NCBI GenBank assembly: GCA_963836075.1
Contig: CAWIIB010000009.1
Location: 3,424,001 to 3,488,000, forward strand
DNA length: 64,000 nt
Direction: 5' to 3'
DNA from: an uncultured Acidobacteriota bacterium
GTDB taxonomy: Bacteria > Acidobacteriota > JAQAZP01
Shown here piece by piece: positions 9,401-17,505 of this stretch. Every line of letters begins with the position of its first letter. The first letter of the stretch is position 1. The notes beneath the pieces were generated by a model. The model was given only the letters and a program-made list of their open reading frames with translations. It did no database searches and was not told the DNA's origin. A program made the position numbers and the translations under genes.

Positions 9401-10987
9401 CCGCTTGATCCCCGGCACCTCGGCGAACTGCTGTTCGGTCTGCCGCGGGGCCACCGTCTGTCCACGGCTGTTCTTGTAGATGTCCTTGATCCGGTCGACG
9501 ATCTCGTAGTAACCGCTGGGCCGGACCTGGAAGACGTCGCCGGTGGGCAGCCAGTATTCCTCGCCGGCCTGCGGTTCGGGGTCGTCGAGGTAGCGGGCGA
9601 TGTACTCGCCGGCCAGCTGCAGTTCGCCGCCCTCGCCCAGCCGGGTCTTCACGCCGGGGAGGGGAATGCCCACCGTGTCGTCCTCGTAGGCCCCGGGCGG
9701 GGTCATGGTGATGCCGCCGGTGGCTTCGGTCATCCCGAACCCGCAGCAGAGCTCCACCCCGGCGTCCTGGAAGAAGTGGAAGACCTGCGGGTCGAGGTAG
9801 CCGGCGGCGGAGAGGCCCCAGCGCAGGCGGCCGCCCACCGTGGAGCGCAGGGCCGCGGCTTTGGCCTCGGGGCTGCGGTCTTCGCCCAGCAGCGCCAGGC
9901 ACCGCTCGTGAAGCTGGGCCCAGCGGCGGGGGATGCTGATCAGCCCGGTGGGGTTCCAGCTGCTCATCCCGGCGGCCAGGGTCTGGATCGAGGGGTTCCG
10001 GGCAAAGACATAGGTCCCGCCCCAGAAGAGCATGCCCATCATCTCCAGGTAGCGGCCAAAGGTGTGGTAGAGCGGCAGGTAGCTGATCAGCCGCTCCTCC
10101 TCGCCCACGTCGGGCAGGGCCGCGGCCCGGGCAAAGCGTTTGGAGATCAGGTTGTAGGCGGTGAACAGCACACCCTTGGGCATCCCGGTGCTGCCCGAGG
10201 TGAACATGGCGGTGGCCGGCTCGTCCAGCCCCGGGGCGGTATGGCCCCGGAGGATTTCGGCCACCCGCGCGGCGCCCAGCCTGGTGGCCGCCTCCACCAG
10301 GCGGACGTCGTCCGGCCCGCCGGCACTGCAGCGGGGGTCCAGCTGCAGGATGCGAAACGGCTTCTTCGTCGAGCCGCGAACCGTCTCCAGCCGCGCCTGC
10401 AGCTCGGCGGAGTCGGTGACCGCGGTGTCGATGCCGATGCGGTCGAAGATCCAGGTCAGCACGTCGGCGGGGAAGTGGGGGCTCAGCGGCGAGACGAACA
10501 GGCCGTAGGTCAGGCAGGCCAGGTCGCAGCAGGCGGCGTCAAAGCCGTTGGCCCCGGTGAGGATGGCCACCCGCGGCGGTTCGTCCCGCCCCTCCAGCAG
10601 TGCCGCGGCCAGGTTGCGCAGCCGGCGGGTGGTTCCGGCGTAGGTCCAGCCCTGCTCCGCCTGGCGGCCCAGCTCGTGGAACAGGATCCGCTGCGGGTGG
10701 GCCGCCACCCGCTGCTCCAGCATGGTCTCCAGGGTGTAGCCTGAGAGCCGTATGGCCCGGAAAGCGGTTTCGGCCCAGCGCTCCCGTTCCTCCCGGCCAG
10801 GGAGGCTCTTCAGCCAGGGGGATCTGCGGGTCCAGTCGAGGTAGCGGTGCCAGAGCTCCGCTTCGCCCCGCTGGCCCTCGGGGCCGTCCAGCATTTCCTC
10901 GGCTGCCCGGAGCAGGGCCGGGCCGTTCTCCGGCGTGCTGGAGGCCTCGCAGGCCTCCACCATTCCGAGCAGCGCTTCACTGGTCAA
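6404..10987 (-). CDS. Multidomain fusion: AMP-dependent (long-chain acyl-CoA) synthetase + helical/kinase-like middle region + C-terminal GNAT acyltransferase
   Basis: FTSGSTGMPKG (A3), YLPLYH, GFGMTE, TGD, DRIKDIY..SRG motifs; C-terminal GITVMASLRRRGIRSALL and FFIPRGF GNAT motifs; 1527 aa. Confidence 0.88.
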   Translation of the reverse strand: MTSEALLGMVEACEASSTPENGPALLRAAEEMLDGPEGQRGEAELWHRYLDWTRRSPWLKSLPGREERERWAETAFRAIRLSGYTLETMLEQRVAAHPQRILFHELGRQAEQGWTYAGTTRRLRNLAAALLEGRDEPPRVAILTGANGFDAACCDLACLTYGLFVSPLSPHFPADVLTWIFDRIGIDTAVTDSAELQARLETVRGSTKKPFRILQLDPRCSAGGPDDVRLVEAATRLGAARVAEILRGHTAPGLDEPATAMFTSGSTGMPKGVLFTAYNLISKRFARAAALPDVGEEERLISYLPLYHTFGRYLEMMGMLFWGGTYVFARNPSIQTLAAGMSSWNPTGLISIPRRWAQLHERCLALLGEDRSPEAKAAALRSTVGGRLRWGLSAAGYLDPQVFHFFQDAGVELCCGFGMTEATGGITMTPPGAYEDDTVGIPLPGVKTRLGEGGELQLAGEYIARYLDDPEPQAGEEYWLPTGDVFQVRPSGYYEIVDRIKDIYKNSRGQTVAPRQTEQQFAEVPGIKRTFLVGDGRTYNVLLIVPDREDPVIAGLPSEDEIVEYFHQIVAAANLKLAPYQRVVNFAVLHRDFEADRQELTPKGSYRRKVIEAGFSGLIDSLYEQDFAELQLDRYTVRIPRWFYRDLGILLTDIVSTSGGLLNRRTSAFLPLAAEPGNGLVQVGDLAYAVNGDQIDLGLFAHQPQLWAANPSLSAFAPCRESWDRALHGVAEQVFLPAGRENPAGNGDAEASEGSGELARASSLCAAALFSSSPQALAALRRLESELRTVGYRTARVIRRRLEALARHPDDEVRCEAYKVLLLDEPLVDYSQLLPSFLESGRPFLNEESMAAIAASGFGTRRLDALRQRLYAYRTRLSWPASQAVRRQFTDVFHLLARFVRQNTRYYGAVRAELVSWAMHRDDPELAAAAEEIFGELGDWFETHLAAEGDGRPEQWEGKIIFQEGLPEEEIDHLKKILVGTSFLRESIMLAFSQQSSFDIGQVPRDGIWITRVSAGGARRLYRISVNTDGGRHYDLLLSARPDFDQARVRQTNLWLIAIYGHPHGVPVVPHFGCCRPALGALSVAFVGGQTVWNSIHELAEGRADASRGESRSWEPLFIRAMATFFTGWNNSSRQIVPGTVSPRNVVVPRDDWREGGQILSLAGWKPYDGPLSLVAPMIRWFYRQTAHHYPWCGAELDPGWIFESCIEALGVEEASAFLGELENDLARHRAPGDHEGIVQRLRAQRERLKSAYHQPLALRCAIQRYLQWETQNPGVTPGAREQMAGQMHRHYRLRRHGEIARYTLFLETYFRQAAPGLRDAFRVLLEAMFHHPGAHPTQLLELSELKAALENDDDRLVFSRLVFPLLRQDQPLELIEVGGDQQLVVSSHITDRHGVSYAVREPLGPGEIGRLYRLFLKRGLPIKLSELDRHLLVLDGDDRIAGGIRYRVEEDGLVQLEGITVMASLRRRGIRSALLEDFCTRMAQLGTAVVRTHFSHRSFFIPRGFRPDNRWGGLVRYLGETETITG

Positions 10988-11016
10988 GTGGTCCGCTCCG
11001 TTGGTGGTTCAGACGT

Positions 11017-12219
11017 TTACTGGCCCTTGAGCACCCGGTTGATCTCTTCCTGGGACGCCTGGTAGTCGGTCTTGCGGGTGAGGAAGATGATCGCCCCGAC
11101 GATGTTCAGCGTGATCGACACGAAATACCACATCAGGGAAGCGAGGATGGTCTTCGGTCCCACCCAGACACCGGAGGAGCGCAGGAACCCGGCAAAGGCG
11201 CCTTCACGCAGTCCGATGCCGGCAATGGAAGCCGGAATCATGGTGGCGATCTGGGTCAGCGGCCCGACGGTCATCACGCTGCCCAGGGAAAGGCCCTTGC
11301 GGATGAATGTCTCATCGCTGACCGCGTCCTGCAGTTCCACGCCCGAGGCCACCAGCCGCGACTCCTCATCCGGGGTGATAAAAATCTGGGCCATCCCGGT
11401 GGAGTCACCCGCTTCGTTCTTCTCCTCCATGAACTCCACGTGCATCCCGGCCAGCGTACCTTTCACATCGTCGCTCAGCTCCACCGCGGCCAGCCGGCCC
11501 TCCGGGCCCCTGGGCAGGTTCAAGGCCTGGCCGTTGGTGTAGAAGGTGGCGAAAAGCGAGGCGTAAACCAGGATGCCGAAGAAGACCGAGGCGAAGAGGG
11601 CGCCCTTGTTCCGGCGGTAGCGGTTGAAGGCTTCCACCGCGTTGTTGATGATGCCCTCGATCTTGCCCTTGGCCGGCAGGGGGAATTTGAGGATCAGCTG
11701 CAGCAGCGTCGGCTTCACCACCAGCACCGTGGTCACCAGCAGCAGGAAGCCGAAGAGGCCGAAAACGGCCACCAGAAATTTCATCGGCAGTGTGATGACA
11801 AAGAGGGAGAAGATCACCATCAGCGACAGGGCGAGGATGGTGAGGAACTTCTCCACCACCACCACCGAGACGCTCTCGGTGGGTTTCTTGGTGTAGCGGG
11901 CGATGTCATAGGCCTTGTAGGCTTCGAGGCCCACCCCGGTGGGGGTGAAGGTGCCGAGAAAGCGCCCCACCAGGTAGGTTTTGGTCAGGTGGCCGCCGGG
12001 GACGTTGAGGTTCTGCGGCGTGAGCAGTACCCGCCAGCGCATGATGGAAAAGAAGATGGCGGCTGCCTGGGTCAGCAGCGATGCGCCCCACCAGGCGGGG
12101 CTGGAGGTCTTCAGCGCAGTGGTGATGTCGGACATATTGATCTGGAACTTCTTGAAGATCAGGAAGAGGATGATGGCGGTGACCGCCACCTTTACGACGT
12201 TGACAATGATTTTTTTCAT
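11017..12219 (-). CDS. Lysylphosphatidylglycerol synthase TM / flippase-like (UPF0104) membrane protein
   Basis: RWRVLL, GRFLGTFTPTGVG, SVVVVEK, IPASIAGIGLREGA motifs; multiple TM helices. Confidence 0.85.
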   Translation of the reverse strand: MKKIIVNVVKVAVTAIILFLIFKKFQINMSDITTALKTSSPAWWGASLLTQAAAIFFSIMRWRVLLTPQNLNVPGGHLTKTYLVGRFLGTFTPTGVGLEAYKAYDIARYTKKPTESVSVVVVEKFLTILALSLMVIFSLFVITLPMKFLVAVFGLFGFLLLVTTVLVVKPTLLQLILKFPLPAKGKIEGIINNAVEAFNRYRRNKGALFASVFFGILVYASLFATFYTNGQALNLPRGPEGRLAAVELSDDVKGTLAGMHVEFMEEKNEAGDSTGMAQIFITPDEESRLVASGVELQDAVSDETFIRKGLSLGSVMTVGPLTQIATMIPASIAGIGLREGAFAGFLRSSGVWVGPKTILASLMWYFVSITLNIVGAIIFLTRKTDYQASQEEINRVLKGQ

Positions 12220-12380
12220 CTGTTGTGCATTCCTTTATTCAGTACCTGCCCCCAAAAATGCTCCATCCGATCCGGCACGCGGCCGGCCCCCGGGACATGT
12301 GGGTTGAGATCCGGCCGGGGGGAGGGGCGGTTCCCGACGGGAAACCGAAAATAGCAAAAGGGTGTTGACCTGTCAAATAT

Positions 12381-12566
12381 GGGGACAGCTACCATCTCCA
12401 TCAAATTGCTGACTCACAACGAGATGAAAATGGCCGGGACAGTTACCTGATCCAGCGGCCGTGCCGCGGCCGTAGTGTTGTGCAGGCGAAGGGGAGGGAG
12501 GTAACTGTCCCGCTCCCTGGCAACCTCAACAATTCGGAGAGGATGGGGAGAGAGGTAGCTGTCCCC
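12381..12566. repeat. Nested inverted repeats (REP/REPIN-like)
   Basis: GGGGACAGCTACC 12381-12393 pairs with GGTAGCTGTCCCC 12554-12566; CGGGACAGTTACCT 12435-12448 pairs with AGGTAACTGTCCCG 12499-12512. Confidence 0.8.
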
Positions 12567-12573
12567 GTTCCCG

Positions 12574-12637
12574 GTGACCATTCCGTGACACACCGTGACT
12601 TTTCTATGACACAAGTAGGGATTGTGGGCTTTAATAT
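12574..12637 (+). promoter_or_regulatory. Four phased RTGAC direct repeats upstream of hemE (candidate OmpR/PhoB-family sites) with a TAATAT -10-like element
   Basis: GTGAC at 12574, 12585, 12595 and ATGAC at 12606 (spacing 11/10/11); TAATAT at 12632-12637. Confidence 0.5.
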
Positions 12638-12706
12638 GGGCGGGTGCCGTACGGCTCCGCGATTCTCACGGGGAACCGGCCGCACCGAACCGGAGGAAAA
12701 CCACGG

Positions 12707-13750
12707 ATGATGAATGGAAGAGAAAGAATGATCGCCGCCTGCCGGGGTGAGGCTGTGGACCGGCCGCCGGTCTGGCTCATGCGGCAGGCTGGACGGCACC
12801 TGCCGGAATACAACGAGCTTCGTGGTGCACACAGCTTCTGGGAGATGGTGCGCACACCGGAGCTGGCCGCGGAGGTCACCCTGCAGCCGGTGCGCCGTTA
12901 CGGGATGGATGCGGCAGTGGTGTTCAGCGACATCCTGATCGTCCTCGAGGCCATGGGCGCCGAGGTGCGCTTTGAAACCGGGGGGCCGGTGCTCGCCGAA
13001 CCGGTACGTTCACGTCAGGCCCTGGACCGCCTGCGGCCGGTGGACGCTGAATCGGCTTTTGACTATCTGGACCAGGCTCTGCGCATCCTCTGCCGTGAGC
13101 TGCATCCCGAAACCGCGGTGATCGGTTTTGCCGGGGCGCCGTTTACCCTGGCCGCCTACCTGGTGGAGGGACGGTCGAGCAGGGACGTGCGCAACCTCAA
13201 GGCGCTGGCATACAACGACCCGCAGCTGGCCCGGGACGTCCTGACCCGCCTTGCTGAAGTGGTGAGCGACCTGCTGCTGCTGCAGGTGCGGGCCGGAGCC
13301 GACGTGGTCCAGCTTTTCGACACCTGGGCCGGCTATCTCTCACCCGAGGATTACGAGACGCTGTCCCTGCCCTACAACCGGATGATCGTGGCCCGTCTGC
13401 AGCAGGCCGGGGTGCCGGTCATCCTCTACCTGCGCAACGCCGCCGGCCACCTGGAGGCGGCAGCCACCACCGGGTGCCAGGTCATTTCCGTGGACTCCAG
13501 CCTCCGTCTGGCCGATGCCCGCCGGAGACTTCCCGCGTCGGTGGGTCTGCAGGGCAACCTCGACCCGGCGGAACTGCTGGGGCCCCCGGAACGGATCCGT
13601 CAACGGGTCCGCTCACTGATCGAGGATGCGGCCGGCGGCGGCTATGTGGTCAACCTCGGACAGGGAGTCACGCCGGACGTGCCCATCGCCGGAGTGGAGG
13701 CACTGGTCTCGGCGGTGAAGGAGGGGGTTGGATGTCCGGTGCTGAACTGA
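12707..13750 (+). CDS. hemE: Uroporphyrinogen decarboxylase
   Basis: PVWLMRQAGRHLPEY, FSDIL, GFAGAPFTLAAY, QLFDTW, LQGNLDP; RBS GGAGG before ATG 12707. Confidence 0.96.
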   Translation: MMNGRERMIAACRGEAVDRPPVWLMRQAGRHLPEYNELRGAHSFWEMVRTPELAAEVTLQPVRRYGMDAAVVFSDILIVLEAMGAEVRFETGGPVLAEPVRSRQALDRLRPVDAESAFDYLDQALRILCRELHPETAVIGFAGAPFTLAAYLVEGRSSRDVRNLKALAYNDPQLARDVLTRLAEVVSDLLLLQVRAGADVVQLFDTWAGYLSPEDYETLSLPYNRMIVARLQQAGVPVILYLRNAAGHLEAAATTGCQVISVDSSLRLADARRRLPASVGLQGNLDPAELLGPPERIRQRVRSLIEDAAGGGYVVNLGQGVTPDVPIAGVEALVSAVKEGVGCPVLN

Positions 13751-15120
13751 AGAGCGTCGATCCCCGGTTGCGGGAAAAATACGACGTGCGCGGGCCGCGC
13801 TACACCAGCTATCCGGCGGCCCCCCATTTCCATGAGATCGACATCGCGGCTCTCGGTGCCCGCTGGCGGGCGAGGCAGGACCTCGATCCGGACCCCGGAC
13901 TGTCCCTCTATCTCCACATCCCGTTCTGCAACCAGCGCTGTCTCTTCTGCGGCTGCCACACCCTGGGCCGGCGCAGCGTGGAAACCGTTCGCTCCTATCT
14001 CGACGCGTTGATCAGCGAGATGTCCCTGGCGGCGGAAGCGGCCGGTGCCCACCGGCCGGTGCGCCAGGTGGCCCTGGGTGGCGGGACGCCGAACTTCATG
14101 ACCGTGGAACAGACCCGCCAGCTGCTCAACGCCCTGACGTCCACCTGGTCGGTGGACCGGGGCGCCGAACTCTCGGTGGAAGTGGATCCCCGCACTGCCA
14201 CCCTGAACAAACTGGACGTTTTTCTCGATCACGGGTTCAACCGTTTCTCCCTCGGCGTGGAGGACTTTGCCGCCCCGGTGCTCCAGGCGGTGAACCGCGA
14301 CCAGGAACTGATCCAGGTGGAGGAGGTGGTGCGCTACCTCCGCAGCCGGGGCTGCCAGGCGATCAACTTCGACCTGATCTACGGCCTGCCGCGGCAGACT
14401 CTCGAATCGGCTGAGCAGACCACCCGGCGGACCCTGGCCCTCCGCCCGTCCCGGATCGCACTCTACAGCTATGCGCACGTGCCCTGGATTCACCCGCACC
14501 AGCGGGTTCTGGAGAAGCGGGCTCTTCCCGACGCCGAGATGAAGAGCCGCATTTTCATGCGGATGTCCGAAAGCTTTCTGGAGGCGGGCTACCTCCAGGT
14601 GGGGATGGACCATTTCGCCCTGCCGGGGGATGAGCTGGTGACGGCCCTGGAGCAGCGGACGCTGCGCCGGACCTTCATGGGCTACACCACCGGGCGGGGC
14701 CTGGACGTGGTGGGCCTGGGCCTTTCGGCCATCTCCGGGGTGGGGTCGACCTATTCCCAGAACGCCAAGGGAATGGATTCCTACCTGGAGCAGGTGACCG
14801 CCGGCCGGCTGCCGGTGGAGCGGGGCTACCTGCTGGACCGGGACGACGAGATCCGGCGCGAGCTGCTGCTGGAGCTGTTCTGCACCTTTCACGCCGACCT
14901 GGAAGCCCTTTCCCGGCGGTTCGGCATCGAGGCCGCGGACTATTTCGCCGAGGATTTCCAGCGTCTTGCTCCGTTGGGCGATGACGGGCTGGTGGCCTGG
15001 GACAGCGAGGCGATCCGGGTCAGCGAAGCCGGTCAATTCTTCATCCGCAACATCTGCATGGTCTTCGACCGCCACCTGGAGAGCGGTGCGGCCCGGCAGA
15101 CATATTCAAGGACGGTCTGA
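13732..15120 (+). CDS. hemN: Oxygen-independent coproporphyrinogen III dehydrogenase (radical SAM)
   Basis: GPRYTSYP, YLHIPFCNQRCLFCGC, GGGTP, DLIYGLP, GMDHF, YSRTV C-terminus. Confidence 0.95.
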   Translation: MSGAELKSVDPRLREKYDVRGPRYTSYPAAPHFHEIDIAALGARWRARQDLDPDPGLSLYLHIPFCNQRCLFCGCHTLGRRSVETVRSYLDALISEMSLAAEAAGAHRPVRQVALGGGTPNFMTVEQTRQLLNALTSTWSVDRGAELSVEVDPRTATLNKLDVFLDHGFNRFSLGVEDFAAPVLQAVNRDQELIQVEEVVRYLRSRGCQAINFDLIYGLPRQTLESAEQTTRRTLALRPSRIALYSYAHVPWIHPHQRVLEKRALPDAEMKSRIFMRMSESFLEAGYLQVGMDHFALPGDELVTALEQRTLRRTFMGYTTGRGLDVVGLGLSAISGVGSTYSQNAKGMDSYLEQVTAGRLPVERGYLLDRDDEIRRELLLELFCTFHADLEALSRRFGIEAADYFAEDFQRLAPLGDDGLVAWDSEAIRVSEAGQFFIRNICMVFDRHLESGAARQTYSRTV

Positions 15121-16118
15121 TGCAAGTGGCAGCCCTAGATCAGCCCATCGGAGTGGCCCTGCTCAACATGGGCGGTCCGGCCACGGTGGACGAGATCCGT
15201 CCCTTCCTCACCCGGCTCTTCTCCGATGCGGTGATGCTGCCGCTGCCCGCGCCGCTGCGCCAGCTGCTGGCCCGGTTCATTGCCTGGCGCCGCTCGCCCA
15301 GGGTGGCCGGGCGCTACCAGGCCATCGGCGGCGGCAGTCCGGTGGGGCCGCAGACGGCCAGGCAGGTCGCGGCGCTCCAGCAGCGGCTGGGGGATGGCTT
15401 TGCGGTGCGCCACGTCTTCCGCTACAGCGATCCCGGCCCCGCTGCGGTGCTGCACCAGTTGATCAGCAAGGGGGTCACCCGGCTGGTGGCTCTGCCGGCC
15501 TATCCCCAGTGGTCCTCCACCACTTCCGGTTCATCGGTGGAGCACCTGGGCCGCGCTGCCCGCCGGCTGGGGGTGGAGTGGCTGGAGACCCCGCCCTATC
15601 CGGTGGGGGAGGGTTTTGTCAAATCGCTGGCCGCGGGCATCCGGCCTCTACTGGACGGTGCGGACCACCTGTTGTTCACCGCCCACGGTTTGCCCCGCCG
15701 GGTGGTGGAGCGGGGTGACCCGTATGTGGCGCAGGTGGAACAGACGGTTGCGGCGCTGGGTCGCCAGGTTCCGCATAACGTGCCCCGGTCGCTGGCCTAC
15801 CAGAGCCGGCTGGGCCCGGTGGAGTGGGTGGGGCCGCACATCGATGATGAAATCAGGAGGCTTGCCGAAGCCGGGGTGCGCCGGCTGGTGGCGGCCCCGG
15901 TGACCTTTGCCTGCGAGAACCTGGAGACCATGTGGGACCTCGACCGCGAGATGGCGGAACTGGCCGGGCAGTGCGGCATTGTGGACTACCGGCGGGCACC
16001 GGCGCCCGGCACGGATCCGTTTTTTATCGAGCAGCTGGCGCAGCTGGTCCTCGACCGGAGCCGGGGGGCCGGCTGGCTCCCCGGATCGGGAACCGTGGAG
16101 ATAGACGATGAAGCATGA
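15120..16118 (+). CDS. hemH: Ferrochelatase
   Basis: LLNMGGP, IGGGSP, YPQWSSTTSGS, FTAHGLP, GDPY, YQSRLGPVEWVGP, ENLET. Confidence 0.95.
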   Translation: MQVAALDQPIGVALLNMGGPATVDEIRPFLTRLFSDAVMLPLPAPLRQLLARFIAWRRSPRVAGRYQAIGGGSPVGPQTARQVAALQQRLGDGFAVRHVFRYSDPGPAAVLHQLISKGVTRLVALPAYPQWSSTTSGSSVEHLGRAARRLGVEWLETPPYPVGEGFVKSLAAGIRPLLDGADHLLFTAHGLPRRVVERGDPYVAQVEQTVAALGRQVPHNVPRSLAYQSRLGPVEWVGPHIDDEIRRLAEAGVRRLVAAPVTFACENLETMWDLDREMAELAGQCGIVDYRRAPAPGTDPFFIEQLAQLVLDRSRGAGWLPGSGTVEIDDEA

Positions 16119-17505
16119 CCTGATCATAGTGGGCGGCGGCATGGCCGGGCTCTCCTGTGCCTGGCGTCTGGCTGCGGCCGGAATGCGGCCGCTGCTGCTG
16201 GAGGCGGCGCCCGAGGCCGGCGGAAACGTGCGCAGCGAGACGGTGGACGGGTTTCTGCTGGAGCGCGGGCCGCACACCTTCCTCTCCTCGGCGGAGCAGA
16301 TTTTCGACCTGGCGGTGCAGGCCGGCCTGGAGGACCAGCTGGTCCAGTCACGCCCCAGCGCATCGGCCCGGTTCATCGTTCGTGGCGGCCGGTTGCACCG
16401 GGCGCCGGACGGCCCGGGCAGCTTTTTCTCCACCCGGCTGCTCAGCTGGCGCTCCAAACTTCGTCTGGCCGCCGAACCGCTGTGTACCGGACGGGGGCAT
16501 CCTGACGATTCGGCACTGAATTTCTTTGAACGCCGTTTCGGGGCCGAGGCGGCACGGGTGATCGCCGGGGCCTTTGTCTCGGGCGTCTATGCCGGCGACC
16601 CGGCGACGCTTTCCGCACCGGCGGCGTTCCCGCTGTTCTGGGGCTTTGAGCAGGAGACGGGGAGCATGATCCGTGGCGCCTTCAGACTTCAACGGCAGAG
16701 AAAAGCAGCCCGGGAAGCCCTGGGCGAGGCAGCCCCCCCGCGCCGCAACGGCCTGTGGTCCTTCCGTAACGGCCTGGGGCAGTTCAGCGGATCGCTGGCG
16801 GCAAAATTTGGTACGCAGTTTCGGGCCGGCAGCCCGGTGCTGCAGCTGGGTGAGGATGCCGGGGGATTTCGTGTTGCCGGAGACTGGGGCACACATCACG
16901 CGCCGCAGCTGGTGCTGGCCGTGCCGCCCCACGAGGCGGCGAAGCTGCTGGCCGGACTGGATCACGAACTGGCGGCCCTGCTTCAGGGAATCCCCATGTC
17001 GCCGGTGGCGGTGGTCTCTCTCGGTTTTCGGGAACGGCTGACCTCCCTGCCCGACGGGTTCGGCTTTCTCGCCCCGCGGGGCGAGGGGGTTCGTTCGCTG
17101 GGGGTCCTCTTCCCCTCCCGGGTTTTCGAGGGCCGCGCTCCCCAAGGCGGGGACCTGCTCACCGGCTACCTCGGTGGAATGCTCGATTCCGGGACGCTGG
17201 AACTGGACGACGAGGCGCTCAGCGAACTGATGCGTAGCGACCTGGCCCGGCTCACCGGATCCCGGCCCGAACCGTGCATGGTCCGCGTGGCCCGGCACCG
17301 GTCGGCCATTCCCCAGCTGGTGATCGGGCACCTGGAGCGGATGGCTGATGTCAGGCGTCGCCTGGAGCGTCTGCCCGGCCTGCACCTGGCCGGCAACTAC
17401 CTGCGGGGGGTGGGGATAAAGGACGCGGTGGCCTCAGGGCTGGACGCGGCGGAAACCATACTCCGCCGGAACCGGACCGGCCGCCGGGTGGAGGCCGTGG
17501 CATGA
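16108..17505 (+). CDS. hemY: Protoporphyrinogen oxidase (HemY/HemG FAD-dependent type)
   Basis: GGGMAGL Rossmann motif, ERGPHTF, GVYAGDP, GFGFLAP, IPQ..GH, AGNYLRGVG. Confidence 0.93.
   Translation: MKHDLIIVGGGMAGLSCAWRLAAAGMRPLLLEAAPEAGGNVRSETVDGFLLERGPHTFLSSAEQIFDLAVQAGLEDQLVQSRPSASARFIVRGGRLHRAPDGPGSFFSTRLLSWRSKLRLAAEPLCTGRGHPDDSALNFFERRFGAEAARVIAGAFVSGVYAGDPATLSAPAAFPLFWGFEQETGSMIRGAFRLQRQRKAAREALGEAAPPRRNGLWSFRNGLGQFSGSLAAKFGTQFRAGSPVLQLGEDAGGFRVAGDWGTHHAPQLVLAVPPHEAAKLLAGLDHELAALLQGIPMSPVAVVSLGFRERLTSLPDGFGFLAPRGEGVRSLGVLFPSRVFEGRAPQGGDLLTGYLGGMLDSGTLELDDEALSELMRSDLARLTGSRPEPCMVRVARHRSAIPQLVIGHLERMADVRRRLERLPGLHLAGNYLRGVGIKDAVASGLDAAETILRRNRTGRRVEAVA

Noticed and set aside
12365-12376. 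TTGAC-CT-GTCAA as an FNR/CRP box for the heme operon
   Set aside because: The spacer is 2 nt rather than 4, and the site is >300 bp from hemE.
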